A DNA stretch of 64,000 nucleotides from Eledone cirrhosa (Eukaryota). Each line of letters starts with the position of its first letter. Position 1 is the stretch's first letter. Positions 25,928 to 40,930 of this stretch are shown piece by piece. The notes beneath the pieces are model-generated. The model had not been told where the DNA came from. It saw only the letters and a list, made by a program, of their open reading frames with translations, and made no database searches. The stretch covers positions 11,842,001 to 11,906,000 of the forward strand of contig OZ024748.1 of NCBI GenBank assembly GCA_964016885.1. Direction: 5' to 3'. The translations under genes were made by a program, and so were the position numbers.

Positions 25928-26500
25928 ATTAAAATATGAATTCGACACGATTTAAAAAGAATGGATTCTACCTCGTGAGGTACCCAATTTTCAGGTACCT
26001 TATCCTGAATCCCTAAAAAAAATAGAACGAATCTGATTTGTAGTAGTAAGTTAGGTCGCCTCGAAAGTTCGGTAAATTATTTTACCATAGTTAATTTTAT
26101 TTTTATACTTCATGTATACATGTGTGTGTGTGTGTATATATGGTTTCTTGCGAATGAAACAGTTCTAATCCTGTAGTAAAAGTCAATGAAATATAATAAA
26201 ATAATTATGCCTATACTCTATTGGGTGTTTTTTTTTTAAAACTGTGAACACCTCCTATTATACACGAGAAATCCGCCTATTATATATAGAGATATAGGAT
26301 ATAGGATATAGTTTTCTCCCTCGTGTGTTTTGTTATTGGAAACACGAATACTTTCGAGGTTCGGTTTCTTTAGAACCGTCTTATAAGAAGGCCGCTACAC
26401 TTCGTTTGAAACAATAACATTCCGAAGCCCCTTATTTCAAGATCATCGGGGGGTGAGACGGTTCTAATAAGGCAATTGAAACCAGAACAAAAAATAACTG

Positions 26501-26586
<86 letters not shown>

Positions 26587-26867
26587 GAGAGAGAGAGAGA
26601 AAAGGAGACACACACACACACAACTCCCGAATGAAATCGGGGTAACCTCATTAAAAAAGGTACCCAATACATTAGTAGAGTGTAAACATCAGATTCCTAA
26701 TGATTTCATACGAATGAAACAGTTCTAGTCATGTAGAATTTATTTCTATATTAAATAATTGTTTCTACTATTGGCACAAGGCCAGCAAACTATCCAGTAC
26801 ATTACTGGTACTTTATTTTATCGACCCCGTAAGGATGAAAGGCAAAGTTATTTCTATATTAAATATT

Positions 26868-26916
<49 letters not shown>

Positions 26917-27071
26917 TTCAGGCCTAAATGACAGCATTAAGTTAGTGTAATAAATATCTATATACTACAACTCGTCTCACCGATTGAGTACTTTCCTTAT
27001 TTGGGATATTCTTCAGCAAATTATACACTACACAGCTCCAAGTCCTTGGCCTAAATGACAGCATGGTAGTT

Positions 27072-27102
<31 letters not shown>

Positions 27103-27246
27103 TCTACTGGAAGCAAGCAGTGTGTAAAGCTTGTCCTATGCCAGCTTTCGGGTGTTCGTAGCTTCAAGACACTTGCATCGATCGGTATAATACTTAACGA
27201 CAATCATACATATTGCAAGTGTGTATAGATGTATAGATGTATGTAT

Positions 27247-27300
<54 letters not shown>

Positions 27301-29611
27301 AGGAGTCTCTGTTACTCTGTATTATTTATACGGATATAGCTTTATCATACACACATACCCATATGCCAATCTGACAGGTTTTCAGTCAATTGTTCACATA
27401 AAACCGTAGTATGTTTGGCTGTAAGTAGTAATAGTTGTAAAGAACTGTTGGTAGTGCTGAAGATCTTTGTTGATATTGTTTAGCTACAGATGAAAGGTAA
27501 TTTTAGTCGTAACCATTCCGGTTTTTCCTTTTCCCCTATGTGCACGGATCTCAAACCTACACTATCAATCATGTCCATATTAAATAGTATATAAGGTGTG
27601 ATTTGAGGTTGTATTGGCTGCTATTTCTAGCAAGTCGGGAGACTATAGACTACCAGTGTATGGCTGTTTTCTATTGATCAGATGGGATAGTTTACATTGT
27701 GGGGGAGAGAAAATTTAGATAAGTCGGTTTTTTTTAATATTTGTATTTCCTGTTTTGTTTTCGTACTTTCCTCTGTGTTTTTGTCTCTTTCAACACCTTT
27801 CTTGTTTATCGTCTTCCATTTTCCTTTCCCCTTCCCTCCCGTTTCTTTTTATTATTTATTTGTCTCGCCAGACACTTTCCTTTGCCCTGTCTCATTCTGT
27901 TTTCTTCTCCTCCTCCTCCCCTTCATCCAGCTGCTTCACTCCACCCTTCACTCTTTCTTTCTTCACTTTTCCCCCCTCTCCCTCTCCTTAACGAGGTCAT
28001 TGGGTTGAGTTGACGAACTTTCTCTTGTCTCATCACACAGACACACACACTAGGCTGGCTGGCCTACTGTTAATACTAAGCACAGTCTGGGTAAAGAGGA
28101 GCAGAGAGGGAGAAAAAAAAATGGAAGCAGGGGATATTGAATAGTCGGTAGCACCTTATCGATCAATAGTTAAATTGTTTAGGTCAAGCCTGATCAAGCA
28201 GCTTTATAAGGAATAATATGAGGGTAGACTGTTGATCAACTAGGTGCTATCCACAAAAGTATCGATTTTTTTTTTCATCTTTAGATAGGTGTTGATGCTT
28301 GTTGTTTTTCTTCAGTAGGCTCAGGCCAAATGTAGCTCCCACCTCACACCATTTCAAATTGTTTAAGAGCTTTAGTAGCTAATGTTAAATATATATGATT
28401 TCCTTCATCAAGCAACTCTCATACAATACAAACCTCAATAGGGAGCAGTTACCAGGAACAATGGAAAATTGTGGATTGTCTTTGTCATATATATATATAT
28501 ATATATATATATTGTATGTATGTAAAAGGTAAACAGAAATAACAACACAATCGGTACAGTATATGGAAGGAATATATTAGGTTAACGCTTGATATAGCAG
28601 GAAGAGGGTCTTAACGTTTCGGATACAGAAGACCCGCCCTCCCATATGCACGAGCTGAGGCATATATCTAGTATGCACCACCTCCCTTGCTGTAACCGTC
28701 CCACCACTATACCTACCTCCCCAATTCCCCCCCCCCCCAAACCATGCCACGATAAAAAGCTCCCAGCCCACACTGTCAAGTGGTTGTGTAGGTGTCATGA
28801 CAAAAGCACCCAGTAGAGGAATACCTGGGTGGAGGTGGTCAAAGCTGATTGCAAATCACTGAGACTCACAGAGGAGATGATGAAGAAATGCAAAGCGTGG
28901 AGAGATGCTGAAAAGAACCCTTCCAACACATGCGGGCATAAAAAAAATATATGAAAAACGATGATGTTGATGATCTGTAAAGGTTAAAAGGCAATGTTAG
29001 CCTCTATATAATTTGAACTTACAGTTCAGAGAACCAGAAGTATGTGTTAATCACCATTATCATCGGTGTTTAATGTCTATTTTCCCACGTTCCCATGGGT
29101 TAGACAGATTGTCATCTTAGGAGACAATTCAGGTCAAGTGACCACATCATGCTCATACGGATTTGTATTTTGACATCGTTTCTTAACGCCAACCACATTT
29201 AGTGAGGACTGGGAGCATAATTTCTACAGTTGGATGTTCTTCCTAATGCCAACCACAATACAGTGAGGATTGAGAGCATGGTTTCTACAGCTGGATGCCT
29301 TTTTTAATGCTAAACACCTACAGTGTAGACAGGGAGCATGGCTTTTACAGCTGGGTGCCCTTCTTAATGCCAACTACTTTACAGTGTGGACTGGGTAACT
29401 CTGCCAACTTCCCTACTAAACACCAATTCAGAATATATATCATCATCATCACTGTTTTATGTCATTTTTTTTTCTTCTATATTTGCACGGGTTGACCAGG
29501 TTTTTCCAGCACATCATCCCACCACTCAATGAGGTCCTCTTCCCTAACTTGTCTGTGAGATTTAGTGATCTTACAGCCTCTGCTTAAGTTTTCTTTTACC
29601 TCCCTTTACAG

Positions 29612-29787
29612 CAGAGGTTCCCAAAGTGGGTTCCACAGAAGATAAGGGGTGTCTGGTGTTCTGTGAAAAAAGGTAGAGGAGTATATTTATATTACGACCA
29701 TATAACAGTATTAGACTTTGGGGTTCCCCCAAAAGTTTCTGACTGAACCCACAAGGTTCTGCATTTGAAAAAGTTTGGGAAATCCTG
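29612..29787. mobile_element. hAT (Charlie-like) MITE
   Basis: TIRs cagaggttcccaaa / tttgggaaatcctg with imperfect 8-bp flanks ctttacag / gcttagag. Related partial copy at 45277-45406. Confidence 0.65.
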
Positions 29788-31279
29788 GCTTAGAGGTCTT
29801 CTGTAACACTCTCCTTTACATACTAAACTCTGGCTTCAGTCTTAACTGAACAAGTTCTGCTTGTTTATGGAAGATTGCTTACTGAACTTTACATACTAAA
29901 ATATGGCTTCATTCTTAACTGAACAAGCTCTGCCTGTTTGTGGAAGGTTACTTACTGAATCCTGTTCCTCAAAACAAACAAACATCTAGTCATTGATTTG
30001 CTTGGAGAATGCCTCATACCGTAATGGCAACAATATGCTCATTGGGTCAGAATTATTGATTCTTGGTTTTCAGAGTAAAATTTCGCAATTTTCTTTTTGT
30101 TCAGTTGGGAATTTTTCCATGGTTTATCTCCAAGGTTTTTATAAACTCTGTAAAAAAAAAAAAAAAAATGTAATAAAAATTTTTTGTTAAAAATTCAGAC
30201 CTCCTTTGTAACTTTTGATTCACCCTGTCTAATCCAATCCAGGGCCTTCTCACTCATGTTGGAGGAACCCCTCCTTGGTTGATCTCCACCGCTGGGGTTC
30301 CACTTACCCTCTTCACCAGACCCTGGTCTGGTGGTGAAGCTGGTTTAATCGCCAACCACTCGACCACGAAGCAGGTTGTACTGGGTTACATGGTACCAGT
30401 AGCTTGAAAAAGCCTGACTTGACCATACCAGAGTCTGGTGTGGGAGCCGTTTTAATTGCCTGAGGTGAGATAAATATATCACCTCAATTCCAGAGCAATG
30501 TCCTTGAGGATAAAGTATTATTTTGTACACTGTTCTAAGCTGAAGGCTCATCAGATTGGTGCTTATCCCCGATTTTCTTGGTGTTAAGCAACTAAGAGTA
30601 TTATTTTGTACACCACTTCAACTTAATACTGCGAGCTCTTCTACTTAGTTGAAATATTCCAACTGGTTCTCTCTTCTTCAGTGTCATATCACTGGAGATA
30701 TTGAAACTTGGAAAGATTGAGGCATCCTGCCAGAAACTGCTGTTATCTCCCATCATATTTCATGCAGCATAAATACACACGCGTGCATATATATATATAT
30801 ATACACACACACACAATGTTCACATATATATACATATATATATATACACACACACATATATACACACACACACATATATATATACACACACACACAACAT
30901 TTGCTAGCATGGAAAGCTGACATTAAATGATGATACACTCTCTCTCTCACATATGTATATATATATATATTACACACATACGTATATTCAAGAAGGCATG
31001 TGGTTAGGGAATTTGACTTATGGTTGTAGGGTTGTGAGAGCGAGTTGTGTCCTTTAATCAAGACACTTTATTTTACATTGTCCAGTCTCCTTATCTCATA
31101 AAAATAAGTTATACATGTAATTCAAGGAGTCAGCATTGTCACACTTTGTGTCAGACTAAACCTCCCTGAGAACTACGTTAAGAGTACACATCTCTGTGGA
31201 ATGCTCAGTCACTTGTATGTTAAATTTATGTTAATTTTATGAGCAAGCAACAATTATTGCATTTTATTAATTTTACTCC

Positions 31280-32295
31280 TGCATTCCATCATTCATGAAA
31301 ACGGCCCTGAGATACTTGAACTTCTCTATCTGCTTCAGTGGAACTTTACTGACATGTAGCATGCACGGCGCAGGTTTTCTCTGGACGATGAATGTTTTAG
31401 TCCTCACAGCACTGATTTTCATTCCTGCCTTGCAGCATGTTGGCGATCACCTAATGAGTTGAGTATCACCATGTCATTTACAAATATCAGCTGAGTGATA
31501 TTACACCCACCAGTTTTGATACCACTTCCAACCCGGGAACAGATGTAATAGTACACACCCATAACGAAGTCAGGCCTCTACATTGAATGATTTTGACTTA
31601 GCGCCATTTATCTAAACACAAATACTAAGACATTTGTAAAGGGACTTCAAGATAACAAGAAACTGTCCATCGATCCCATACTCTTGCAGAACCTTCCACA
31701 ATAAGTCCCATGGAATGTGGTAATATGCCTTGTCGAAGTCCATAAAACAAGAATGCATCTCTTGGCAATAGTCCTATGATTTCTAAAAGCCTGCTGCAGA
31801 GTGAATATTTGGTCAACTGTGTTGTGGTCCTGAGTGAAAATCACACTGTTTGTCAGCTAGCTTGGACTCAACAATCTTCCTACTTCTCTTTGCCAGACAT
31901 CCAGCATAGACTTTACAAAAAGGGAGACTTAACAACGAGATCCTTCTATAATTAGAGCAATTTCTCTTGTTTTCCTTTTTGAAAATGGGTTGGGATTATC
32001 ACTCTTGATTGCCATTTCTTTGGTGGCTTTCCAGAGATCCAACCCACTCGGCAAACACAAATCAGCTGGAACATACCTTCTTTATTTAAAGCATTTCATT
32101 CTCCCCTGAGACCAAACTACATCGATGCTCTTCAATTGCTCTGGTGACCTCATCCTCAATGAGGTTACTCTTTGCCCCTAGATGCACCTCATGAACTTCA
32201 GAAGATGTTGTGACTGGTATTATAAGATCAGCAAAATATTCTCTCCACCTTGCGAGCATGCACCTCTCTTCAGAATCCCAGACGATAGCAAGCAC
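31280..32295 (-). mobile_element. Degenerate Expander/Rex3-like RTE LINE
   Basis: Minus-strand pieces LARWREYFADL, TVDQIFTLQQ and QIEKFKYL. Confidence 0.75.
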
Positions 32296-33074
32296 CTACT
32301 TTCTCCCATTCATCCTGTCAGTCTCTCCTCGTCTTCTGCACTCTTGCATTTCAATTTTGGGTGGGGTCAGGAGTATGGGGTGGGATAATGGTTGCGTGTT
32401 TGTGGCACATGTGCTGAGCTGAAAACTAGTTGGTACTATTGTGTGTGTATACGCACACACATACACAGAAATCAACATTTTAGCAGTTTTAAACTAGTAA
32501 GGCAGAATACTTGACACTTGGGATAGTAGAGTGTAAATATATTAAAGAGCCGTGGCCCGATGACTGAGCTCTTGCTGTTTCAACGCTTATACATATATAT
32601 ATATATATATAATATTAAATAAATAGAAACTATATTTATAAAATCATATTTATTCTATTATATATATTTCAAGAAGAGAAGAAAAGTCAGATTTTTCAAA
32701 TTATTAAGATGAGTATGCAAATGAGGTTTATATTGAGTACTTTATTTTCTGTGGTTACCTCCAACTGAGGTAACCACAGACACACACACACACGCACACA
32801 CACACATTCATTTATACATTCTCTCTGTACACATACCCTTTCATTTATATAGGAACCTATTGATTACCACTAAAGTTGTCTACGTACTTGCTAGCTCTTA
32901 TTTACTAACAGACATACACACATACACACATATCTATATATATATATATACACACACATATCTATATATATATATAGATATATACACACATACATCTCTC
33001 TCTCAGACATAATATACACATACACACATTGATTAATGTTAAAGTACCTTGCATGCACTAAATAAAAACTACAC

Positions 33075-33225
<151 letters not shown>

Positions 33226-33533
33226 TAAATATATATATATCTACACACACACACATAAACACACTGTGTGTCACTCTGTAATACTAGATTTATTGACTAC
33301 ACACACATGCACATATAAACACATACACACATATATATATATAGATACATACACACATTGTTTACCACTCTCTAATACTAGATTTATTAACTACTATATA
33401 TACACATACACATAAACACATTGTATACACACACACACACACACACACATGCACGCTTACATTTATTGATTGACAGAAGTTATCTTTAACGTCTTAATAT
33501 TAATATATATATATATATGTATCTATATGTATG

Positions 33534-33576
<43 letters not shown>

Positions 33577-33597
33577 TTATGTGTATATGTGTGTGTG

Positions 33598-33640
<43 letters not shown>

Positions 33641-33864
33641 ATAAATGAAAGGTATATAAATATATATATATTTGTATATATGTATGTGTGTGTATATATA
33701 TATATATATTATACACACATATATGTATGTACATAAACACACACAGCCTGTTATCTCCATACATATGTGCTGTTAGGTAGTTATCACCCCTGTTCCCCTC
33801 ACCTCCTCTCTTGCACACTTATTGATTACCATTCGAATCACTAACTGGAGAGATGTTGAGAGAT

Positions 33865-34835
33865 TCTCTCTAAAGTACATAGAGAAAAGGGTCGTGAACA
33901 CAGACATACTAACATACATACTAATACACTAACATACATACACACACACACACACACATATGTTCTCTGAAGTACATAGAGAAAAGGGTCATGAACACAT
34001 ACATACTAACATACATACTAATAAACTAACATACCCCATCCACACCACCCCCTCCTATGTAAAGTTATGTTGGTGCCACACCATCCAGGCCGAAACAAAT
34101 GAGATCGTGTAGGTGTCACGACAAAAAAACACACAGTCCACGCTGTAATGTGGCCGTGTAGGCAACACGGTAAAAACCTCCCAGACCCACACTGTAAATG
34201 TGGTTGGTGTTAGGAAGGGCATCCAACTGTAGAAAACCCGCCAGACAGTCCTATGCGAGCAAGACAATCACTCTTGCCTCAAGTGGGAATACCCCCGTCC
34301 AAACCCATGCAAGCGTGGAACACGGACGTTAAACGTTGATGATGATACACTAACATACATACTAATATACATCATACATATTGACATACATACATACACA
34401 TCCAGAGATAGTCTCTGAAGTACATAGAGAAAAAAGTCATGAACATACATACTAATATACATACACTGCTATAGATACATACATACATACATACACTAAA
34501 TTACACATAGAGATTGTCTGTAAAGAGAGAAGGGTCATAACCATACACACACATACTAACATAAGTAACATACATACACATTGTCTCTAAACATACATAC
34601 ATATACATACATATACATGCTAATATACATAGTAATATACATACATACACACAGATTGAAGTACATAGAGAAAAGGGTCATGAACATACACACACACATA
34701 CATATATACCAACATACATGCACTGACATACACACAAGCATACATACTAATATACATACACTGATATACATACATACACACACACATTGTCTCTGAAGTA
34801 CATAGAGAAAAGGGTCATAAATGCATACAAACTAA
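33865..34835. repeat. Spaced ~45-bp repeat (6 copies) in CA/TA-rich sequence, interrupted by an RTE 3' UTR at 34055-34346
   Basis: tctctgaagtacatagagaaaagggtcatgaacacatacatactaac at ~33866, 33964, 34413, 34517, 34657 and 34790. Confidence 0.8.
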
Positions 34836-34852
34836 CATAAACATACAAATGG

Positions 34853-34890
<38 letters not shown>

Positions 34891-35027
34891 TTTTTTTTTG
34901 GGGGGGGACACCCTGTATATATGTGTGAGTGTGTGTTATAACGTATATGTATGTGTTAGTAGATATGTATATATTTGTTACAGCCTGTTGCAAGGCATGT
35001 GTATATGTGTATGTTTAAATGAGTGTA

Positions 35028-35070
<43 letters not shown>

Positions 35071-35470
35071 TCATCATCATCATTTACGTCCGTTCTTCCA
35101 CGCTAACCCATGCTAGCGTGGAAGAACGGACGTAAAACGGTGATGATGATGATATATATATATACACATATACATACACACATTTAAACATACTAACTTA
35201 CTAACATACACATATACACATGCCTTGCAACAGGCTGTAACAAATATATACATATCTACTAACACATACATATACGTTATAACACACACTCACACACACA
35301 TATATATACTCACTCATATATACAGGGTGTCCCCCCCTCCCCCCTAAAAAAAAAAATAGGTATACATATTTCAACAACATTCTAATAAATATTGCCTGTG
35401 CAGGTAATCAAAGGGTCTAAATGTTTTTTTGGGAACACCCTGTACACACACACTATATATATATATACAT

Positions 35471-37877
35471 ACGGATGAAATCTGTGGCTGGAGCAGATCT
35501 ATTGGCAGGAGGAGAGTAACTTGGTGGTGGAACAGTAAGGTAGAAGAGACAATCAAGGCCAAAAAGCAGGCTTGTAAAGTATGGCAGGATGGGGGAAGTA
35601 GAAAGCACTATCAAGTGGCCAGGAGAGAAGCTAGGAGACAAGTGTACCTTGCAAAAAGGGTAGCAGAAGATAGAAAGTTCAAGCATGTTCTACAACGTGA
35701 GGACCAAAAACGTGAGGTGTTCAGGATTGCCAGACAATGTGTCAAGGAAAACCGTGATATTGTCACTGATACTGATAAGAAGATAGCCTGGAAGTGTCAC
35801 TACAAGAGACTATTAAATGAGGAGAATAAATGGGAAAAAGATAGTCTGCCCCAAATTGATCCAATAGAAGGACCAGCAGTGCAAGTTAAAGGTAGTATAA
35901 TAAGTAAGGCAATCAAAGATATGAAGACAGGCAAGGCAGCTGGGCCTTCGTAGATAGTTGCTGAGATGTTGAAGGCATCTGGTATGGTGGGACACACTAT
36001 GGTCACCCGTATAGTTAACCAATACAGAATGGGGTCATACCGAAAGACTGGTGTAGCAGCATCATTAACTGCTACAAGGGTAAAGGGGATGCTCTAGATA
36101 GGGGAAACTATAGAGGCACTAAGTTAGTTGACCAGGTCATGAAGGTCACAGAAAGAGTTATAGCACAACTAATCAGAGAGCGAATTGATCTAGATGAAAT
36201 GCAGTTTGGGTTTATGTCGGGTAAAAGTACCACAGACGCTCTTTTCCTTGTACGACAACTACAAGAGAAGTACCTAGCTAAAAGTAAACCCCTCTACTTA
36301 GCTTTTGTAGACCTGGAGAAAGCTTTTGACAGAGTCCCCTGCTCCATTATCTGGTGGGCTCTTAGAAAACTAGGTGTAGATGAATGGCTTGTGAGAGCTA
36401 TACAAGCTATGTATAATGAAACAGTCAGTAAGGTTAGAATTAACAATGAATATTGTGAAGAATTTGGTGTAAAAGTTGGCGTTCATCAAGGCTCTGTCCT
36501 TAACCCCCTCTTATTTATTATTGCCCTTCAGGCTATAACAGAGGAGTTCAAGACCGGCTGCCCATGGGAACTCCTATACGCAGATGATCTAATGCTCATA
36601 GCTGAATCAATGGCTGAACTAGAGAAGAAATTCGAAACATGGAAGCATGGCCTAGAATCAAAAGGCCTTAAAGTTAACTTGTCTAAGACCAAAGTTCTAG
36701 TTTGTAGAAAGGAAAATAGGGCACAGGTGCCCTCAGGGAAATGGCCATGCTCAGTGTGTAGGAAAGGAGTAGGCAGAAATTCCATTTTATGTCCCAAATG
36801 CAAAGTATGGGTACATAAAAGATGTAGTGGGACCACAGGTAAACTATCTAAGAACGTAGACTTTATATGTGGCCAATGCTCAGGTGCAATAAGTCGCAAG
36901 TGTCCAAAGGATACTAGCTCCTTCTATTGCCCAGATGGTTCTATAGAAATAGTAGACATTTTCCGTTACCTGGGTGACAAAATCAGCAGTGGTGGAGGGT
37001 GTTCTGAAAGTACAGTAGCCAGAGTCAGAACGGGATGGAAAAAGTTCAGAGAGCTTATACCGCTGTTGGCCACAAAAGGTTTCTCTCTAAAAATGAAAGG
37101 CAGATTGTATGATGCCTGTATACGAATAGCAATGCTACATGGCAGTGAGACATGGGCATTACGTGCAGAGGACCTGCGTAGACTGGAAAGGAACGAAGCA
37201 TGCATGCTCCGTTGGATGTGTAATAGTAATAGACGTGAATGGCAAAGCATAAATGAACTAAGTGAGAAATTAGGAATAAGAGGGATCAGATGCTGTTTAC
37301 TTGAGAGAAGACTACGTTGGTATGGTCACGTGATGCACATGAAAGACAGCAGCTGCATAAAAAAGTGCAGGGCGATCAAAATTGATGGTAGTTACTGAGT
37401 AGGTAGACCCAGAAAAACCTGGGATGATCTGATAAATTCCGACCTCACACACTTACATCTCTCTAAGACAATGTCACTGGATTGAGATCTTTGGCACTAC
37501 GCAGTAATACAGAAGACCCGCCTTGCCTATGTACAAAGTGAAACCTCTTAACCAAATATACACCCCAATCCACTACCCCTACCCTATCCTCCCGCCAACA
37601 GCACAAGAAAATGAGATTGAGATCATGTAGGTATCACGACAAAAAAGACACACAGTCCACGCTGTAATGTGGCCGTGTAGGTAACACGGTAAAAAGTTCC
37701 CAGTTCCACTCTGTAAATGTGGTTGGTGTTAGGAAGGGCATCCAGCCGTAGAAAACCTGCCAGATAGTCCTATATGAGCGAGACATGGTCACCCGACCAG
37801 CCTTGCCTCAAGTGGGACAACTCCTGTCTAACCCATGCTAGCGTGGAAAATGGACGTTAAACGAAGATGATGATGAT
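35471..37877 (+). mobile_element. 5'-truncated RTE LINE (RT pseudogene, longest ORF 36139-37398)
   Basis: QFGF, FVDLEKAFDRV, GVHQGSVL, LLYADDL and FRYLG motifs; frameshifts near 35950 and 36020; long 3' UTR with (GAT)n tail. Confidence 0.95.
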
Positions 37878-38571
37878 ACATACACATATTTTGGGGATAC
37901 CCTGTACACACACACACAAATATACACACACACACACACACACACATAGATTTAGCACACACTTATTGATTGTTACTAAAGTACTATATAGAAGACTATT
38001 GGAAATGTGTATGTACTAATGAAGTCAAGTACATCAGAATAATTAATTAAAAGCTTATTATTAGGTAATATTTAAGATTAATGTCCCATATTATATAAAG
38101 TCAACCAAATTTAAATTTGATAGAACTTGCTGTTATTTCTTGGTGACAGGAATATAATTGAAATAAGAAATTTTGATTTTGGAGGTGTACCAGCTAAATA
38201 CTGGAGTAGATTCTTCCTCTCTATGTTGCTGTCCCTCTCTCTCTCTCTCTCTGCCTCCTTCTCATTCACACTTTCTCTCTTTGCTTCCTTCATTCTGTCT
38301 CTCTACTTCCTCATTCTCTCTCTCCTGCTTTCTTTTTCTGCTTCTTTCATTCTGTCTCTCTTCTTTTCTCTCTCTGCCTCCTTCATTCTCTTTCTCTACT
38401 TCCCTCATTCTCTCTCTACCTCCTTGTTCTCTCTCTCTCTGGAAGAAATAAGCTGGGTTCAGATCTGGAGAAGGATGTGCTCCACTCGGTATAAATGTCA
38501 CTATTCTGCCCCTACAATTCCCATCAGTATTTAAGGGTCATGGGATAATATAAAATTATTGACCCGGAACA

Positions 38572-38668
38572 TAGTTAGCCATCTGCAGGTGCAAGCCCCG
38601 TGAGGTGGAGTGGCTGTTTCATAGCGTCTCCCTCGCCATCCTCCGGGGCAATGCATTCTCCATCCTTT
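38572..38668 (+). mobile_element. CRE-clade 3' remnant
   Basis: KPREVEWLFHSVSLAILRGNAFSIL. Confidence 0.65.
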
Positions 38669-38959
38669 GGTATTTTGTTTTCAAAAGAATCCATCTTGTA
38701 TTCGGTAGTCTTTCAGCATTCAATGTCCTGTTGTTGAATGAAATCTATTTCTGTAAAATTTCATTTCAAAATTGAATCCTGTTTTGTTTCTCAACCTACT
38801 CATTCTTACGGAAGTAAATCTATTCCACATGCGATATTGGTCGTGCTTTTCATAATTTTGCCATCCAAGCCCTGTAAGCATGGAAAAGTGGATGTAAAAA
38901 CGATGATGGTGATGATGCCATCACCATAAATGAAACTTAAGGGTCAGTTTAGCTCGTGG

Positions 38960-39345
38960 TTCCAGTTGACAGGACGGAGAAGACATTGCCCTGGGCGATA
39001 GTGAGAGAAACGCACTGGAACAGCCACTTCACCTCGTGGGGCTTGCACATGCAGGGAAGCCAACTCTATTCCGATAGCAGTGAGTTAGGATGTGGTCTGG
39101 GGGCCGAGAACGCTGGAAGTCTTCACTGCCACAGGCTCAACTACAAACCTATCAGAGAGCGGTCGGTCGATACTTTGACAGTTTGCACTCTTTGGCCTTG
39201 GCAGGCAGTGAAGGTTGGGCTGGGCTGGTAGCCAAATGCATCAGCTTGCTGCTAGAGAAAGTATTGCAACATATGGCATCCCGGATGAGGGGCCGAGGGG
39301 CCTACCCTTGCAAAAGGGGATGTTTGTCATGCCGTCTGGCCTTTA
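38960..39345 (-). mobile_element. CRE-clade restriction-like endonuclease remnant
   Basis: Across frameshifts: RPDGMTNIPFCKGRPL..DAICCNTF..KLSKY..FVVEPVAVKTSSVLGP..EVKWLFQCVSLTIAQGNVFSVLST. Confidence 0.75.
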
Positions 39346-40065
39346 TTTCTAATGGCAAGTTAGGAACTGAACGTCTTTGATTCTTTACTGAACAATTAAC
39401 AACTCATAAGTTATGACTAATCATTTGTCTGTCTACCACACAGACAGACACACACACTCTACTGTACTGTTTGTGGGTGTTTGTTGCTTGTTTGAAAACC
39501 TCTTCATCTCTGTCACACACAGACACACACACTCTCTCTCTCCTGCTATAGCTGTCCCTCTCTGTCTACTATTGTCTATGTCTCTCTCTCTCTGCTACAA
39601 GTGTCTATGTTTATCTACCTATGTCTATCTTATCTGATTCTGTCTCGATTATATATTATACAAGTTTCGATATCTACTAATATTTATCTAAAAATCTTTC
39701 ATCATAGTTTTATGCAAGAACCTTTAAGTTCTAAACACCAGCTTAAACATTTAGCATTTAAACTGGCCGTGTCCGGCCAGAATTCTCTTATCTCTTTCTG
39801 TTCAAACCGACTTTAAGCGGCTGCTCATACTTATGTGAAGATATTGTTCTCAAAATCTCATAGATTCAATATTATGAAAAATAGTTATGTGAGGTAAAGC
39901 CTTTATGGTGATAATATAATAGTATATATAGAGTAATGTAAATGCTAAAGGGTTAATCATAAGAAAATATTTTTAAATTGCTCCAAATTTTACATTATTT
40001 TCAAAATTATTTGAAAATCATAATCTTTCATTAGAAATATGGTAATGAAAGGGTTTAACTTAAGT

Positions 40066-40930
40066 TCCTCACATTCCATTTTAAACCCAGGTTTCCTCCA
40101 CTGTCCATTTTAAACTTGGGTTTTTTCCACTGTCCATTTTAAACCCAGGTTTTTTCCACTGTCCATTGTAAACCCAGGTTTTCTCCTCTGTCCATTGTAA
40201 ACCCAGGTTTTCCCCACTGTCCATTTTAAACCCAGGTTTCCTCCACTGTCCATTTTAAACCCAGGTTTTCCCCACTGTCCATTTTAAACCCAGGTTTTCC
40301 CCACTGTCCATTTTAAACCCAGGTTTTCCCCACTGTCCATTTTAAACCCAGGTTTTCCCCACTGTCCATTTTAAACCCAAGTTTCCTCCACTGTCCATTT
40401 TAAACCCAGGTTTTCCCCACTGTCCATTTTAAACCCAAGTTTCCTCCACTGTCCATTTTAAACCCAGGTTTTCCCCACTGTCCATTTTAAACCCAGGTTT
40501 TCCCCACTGTCCATTTTAAACCCAGGTTTTCCCCACTGTCCATTTTAAACCCAGGTTTTCCCCACTGTCCATTTTAAACCCAAGTTTCCTCCACTGTCCA
40601 TTTTAAACCCAGGTTTCCTCCACTGTCCATTTTAAACCCAAGTTTCCCCCACTGTCCATTTTAAACCCAAGTTTCCTCCACTGTCCATTTTAAACCCAGG
40701 TTTCCTCCACTGTCCATTTTAAACCCAGGTTTCCTCCACTGTCCATTTTAAACCCAGGTTTCCCCCACTGTCCATTTTAAACCCATGTTTTCCCCACTGT
40801 CCATTTTAAACCCATGTTTTCTCCTCTGTCCATTTTAAACCCAGGTTTCCTCCACTGTCCATTTTAAACCCAGGTTTCCTCCACTGTCCATTTTAAACCC
40901 ATGTTTCCTCCACTGCCCATTTTAAACTAA
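40066..40930. repeat. 29-bp minisatellite (aaacccaggttttccccactgtccatttt)n, ~30 copies
   Basis: Directly visible head-to-tail array. Confidence 0.95.

Noticed and set aside
28603-28640. Apparent 7-bp hammerhead stem I (GGGTCTT/AAGACCC)
   Set aside because: One strand (acagaagacccgcc) belongs to an adjacent RTE 3' fragment (compare ~37510), so the pairing is coincidental.
30225-30505. GC-richer structured segment, possibly a LINE 5' UTR or HDV-like ribozyme
   Set aside because: No convincing fold or linked ORF could be established by eye.
33865-34835. CRISPR-like repeat-spacer pattern
   Set aside because: Spacers are irregular CA/TA simple sequence, repeats are degenerate, there are no cas genes and the context is eukaryotic.
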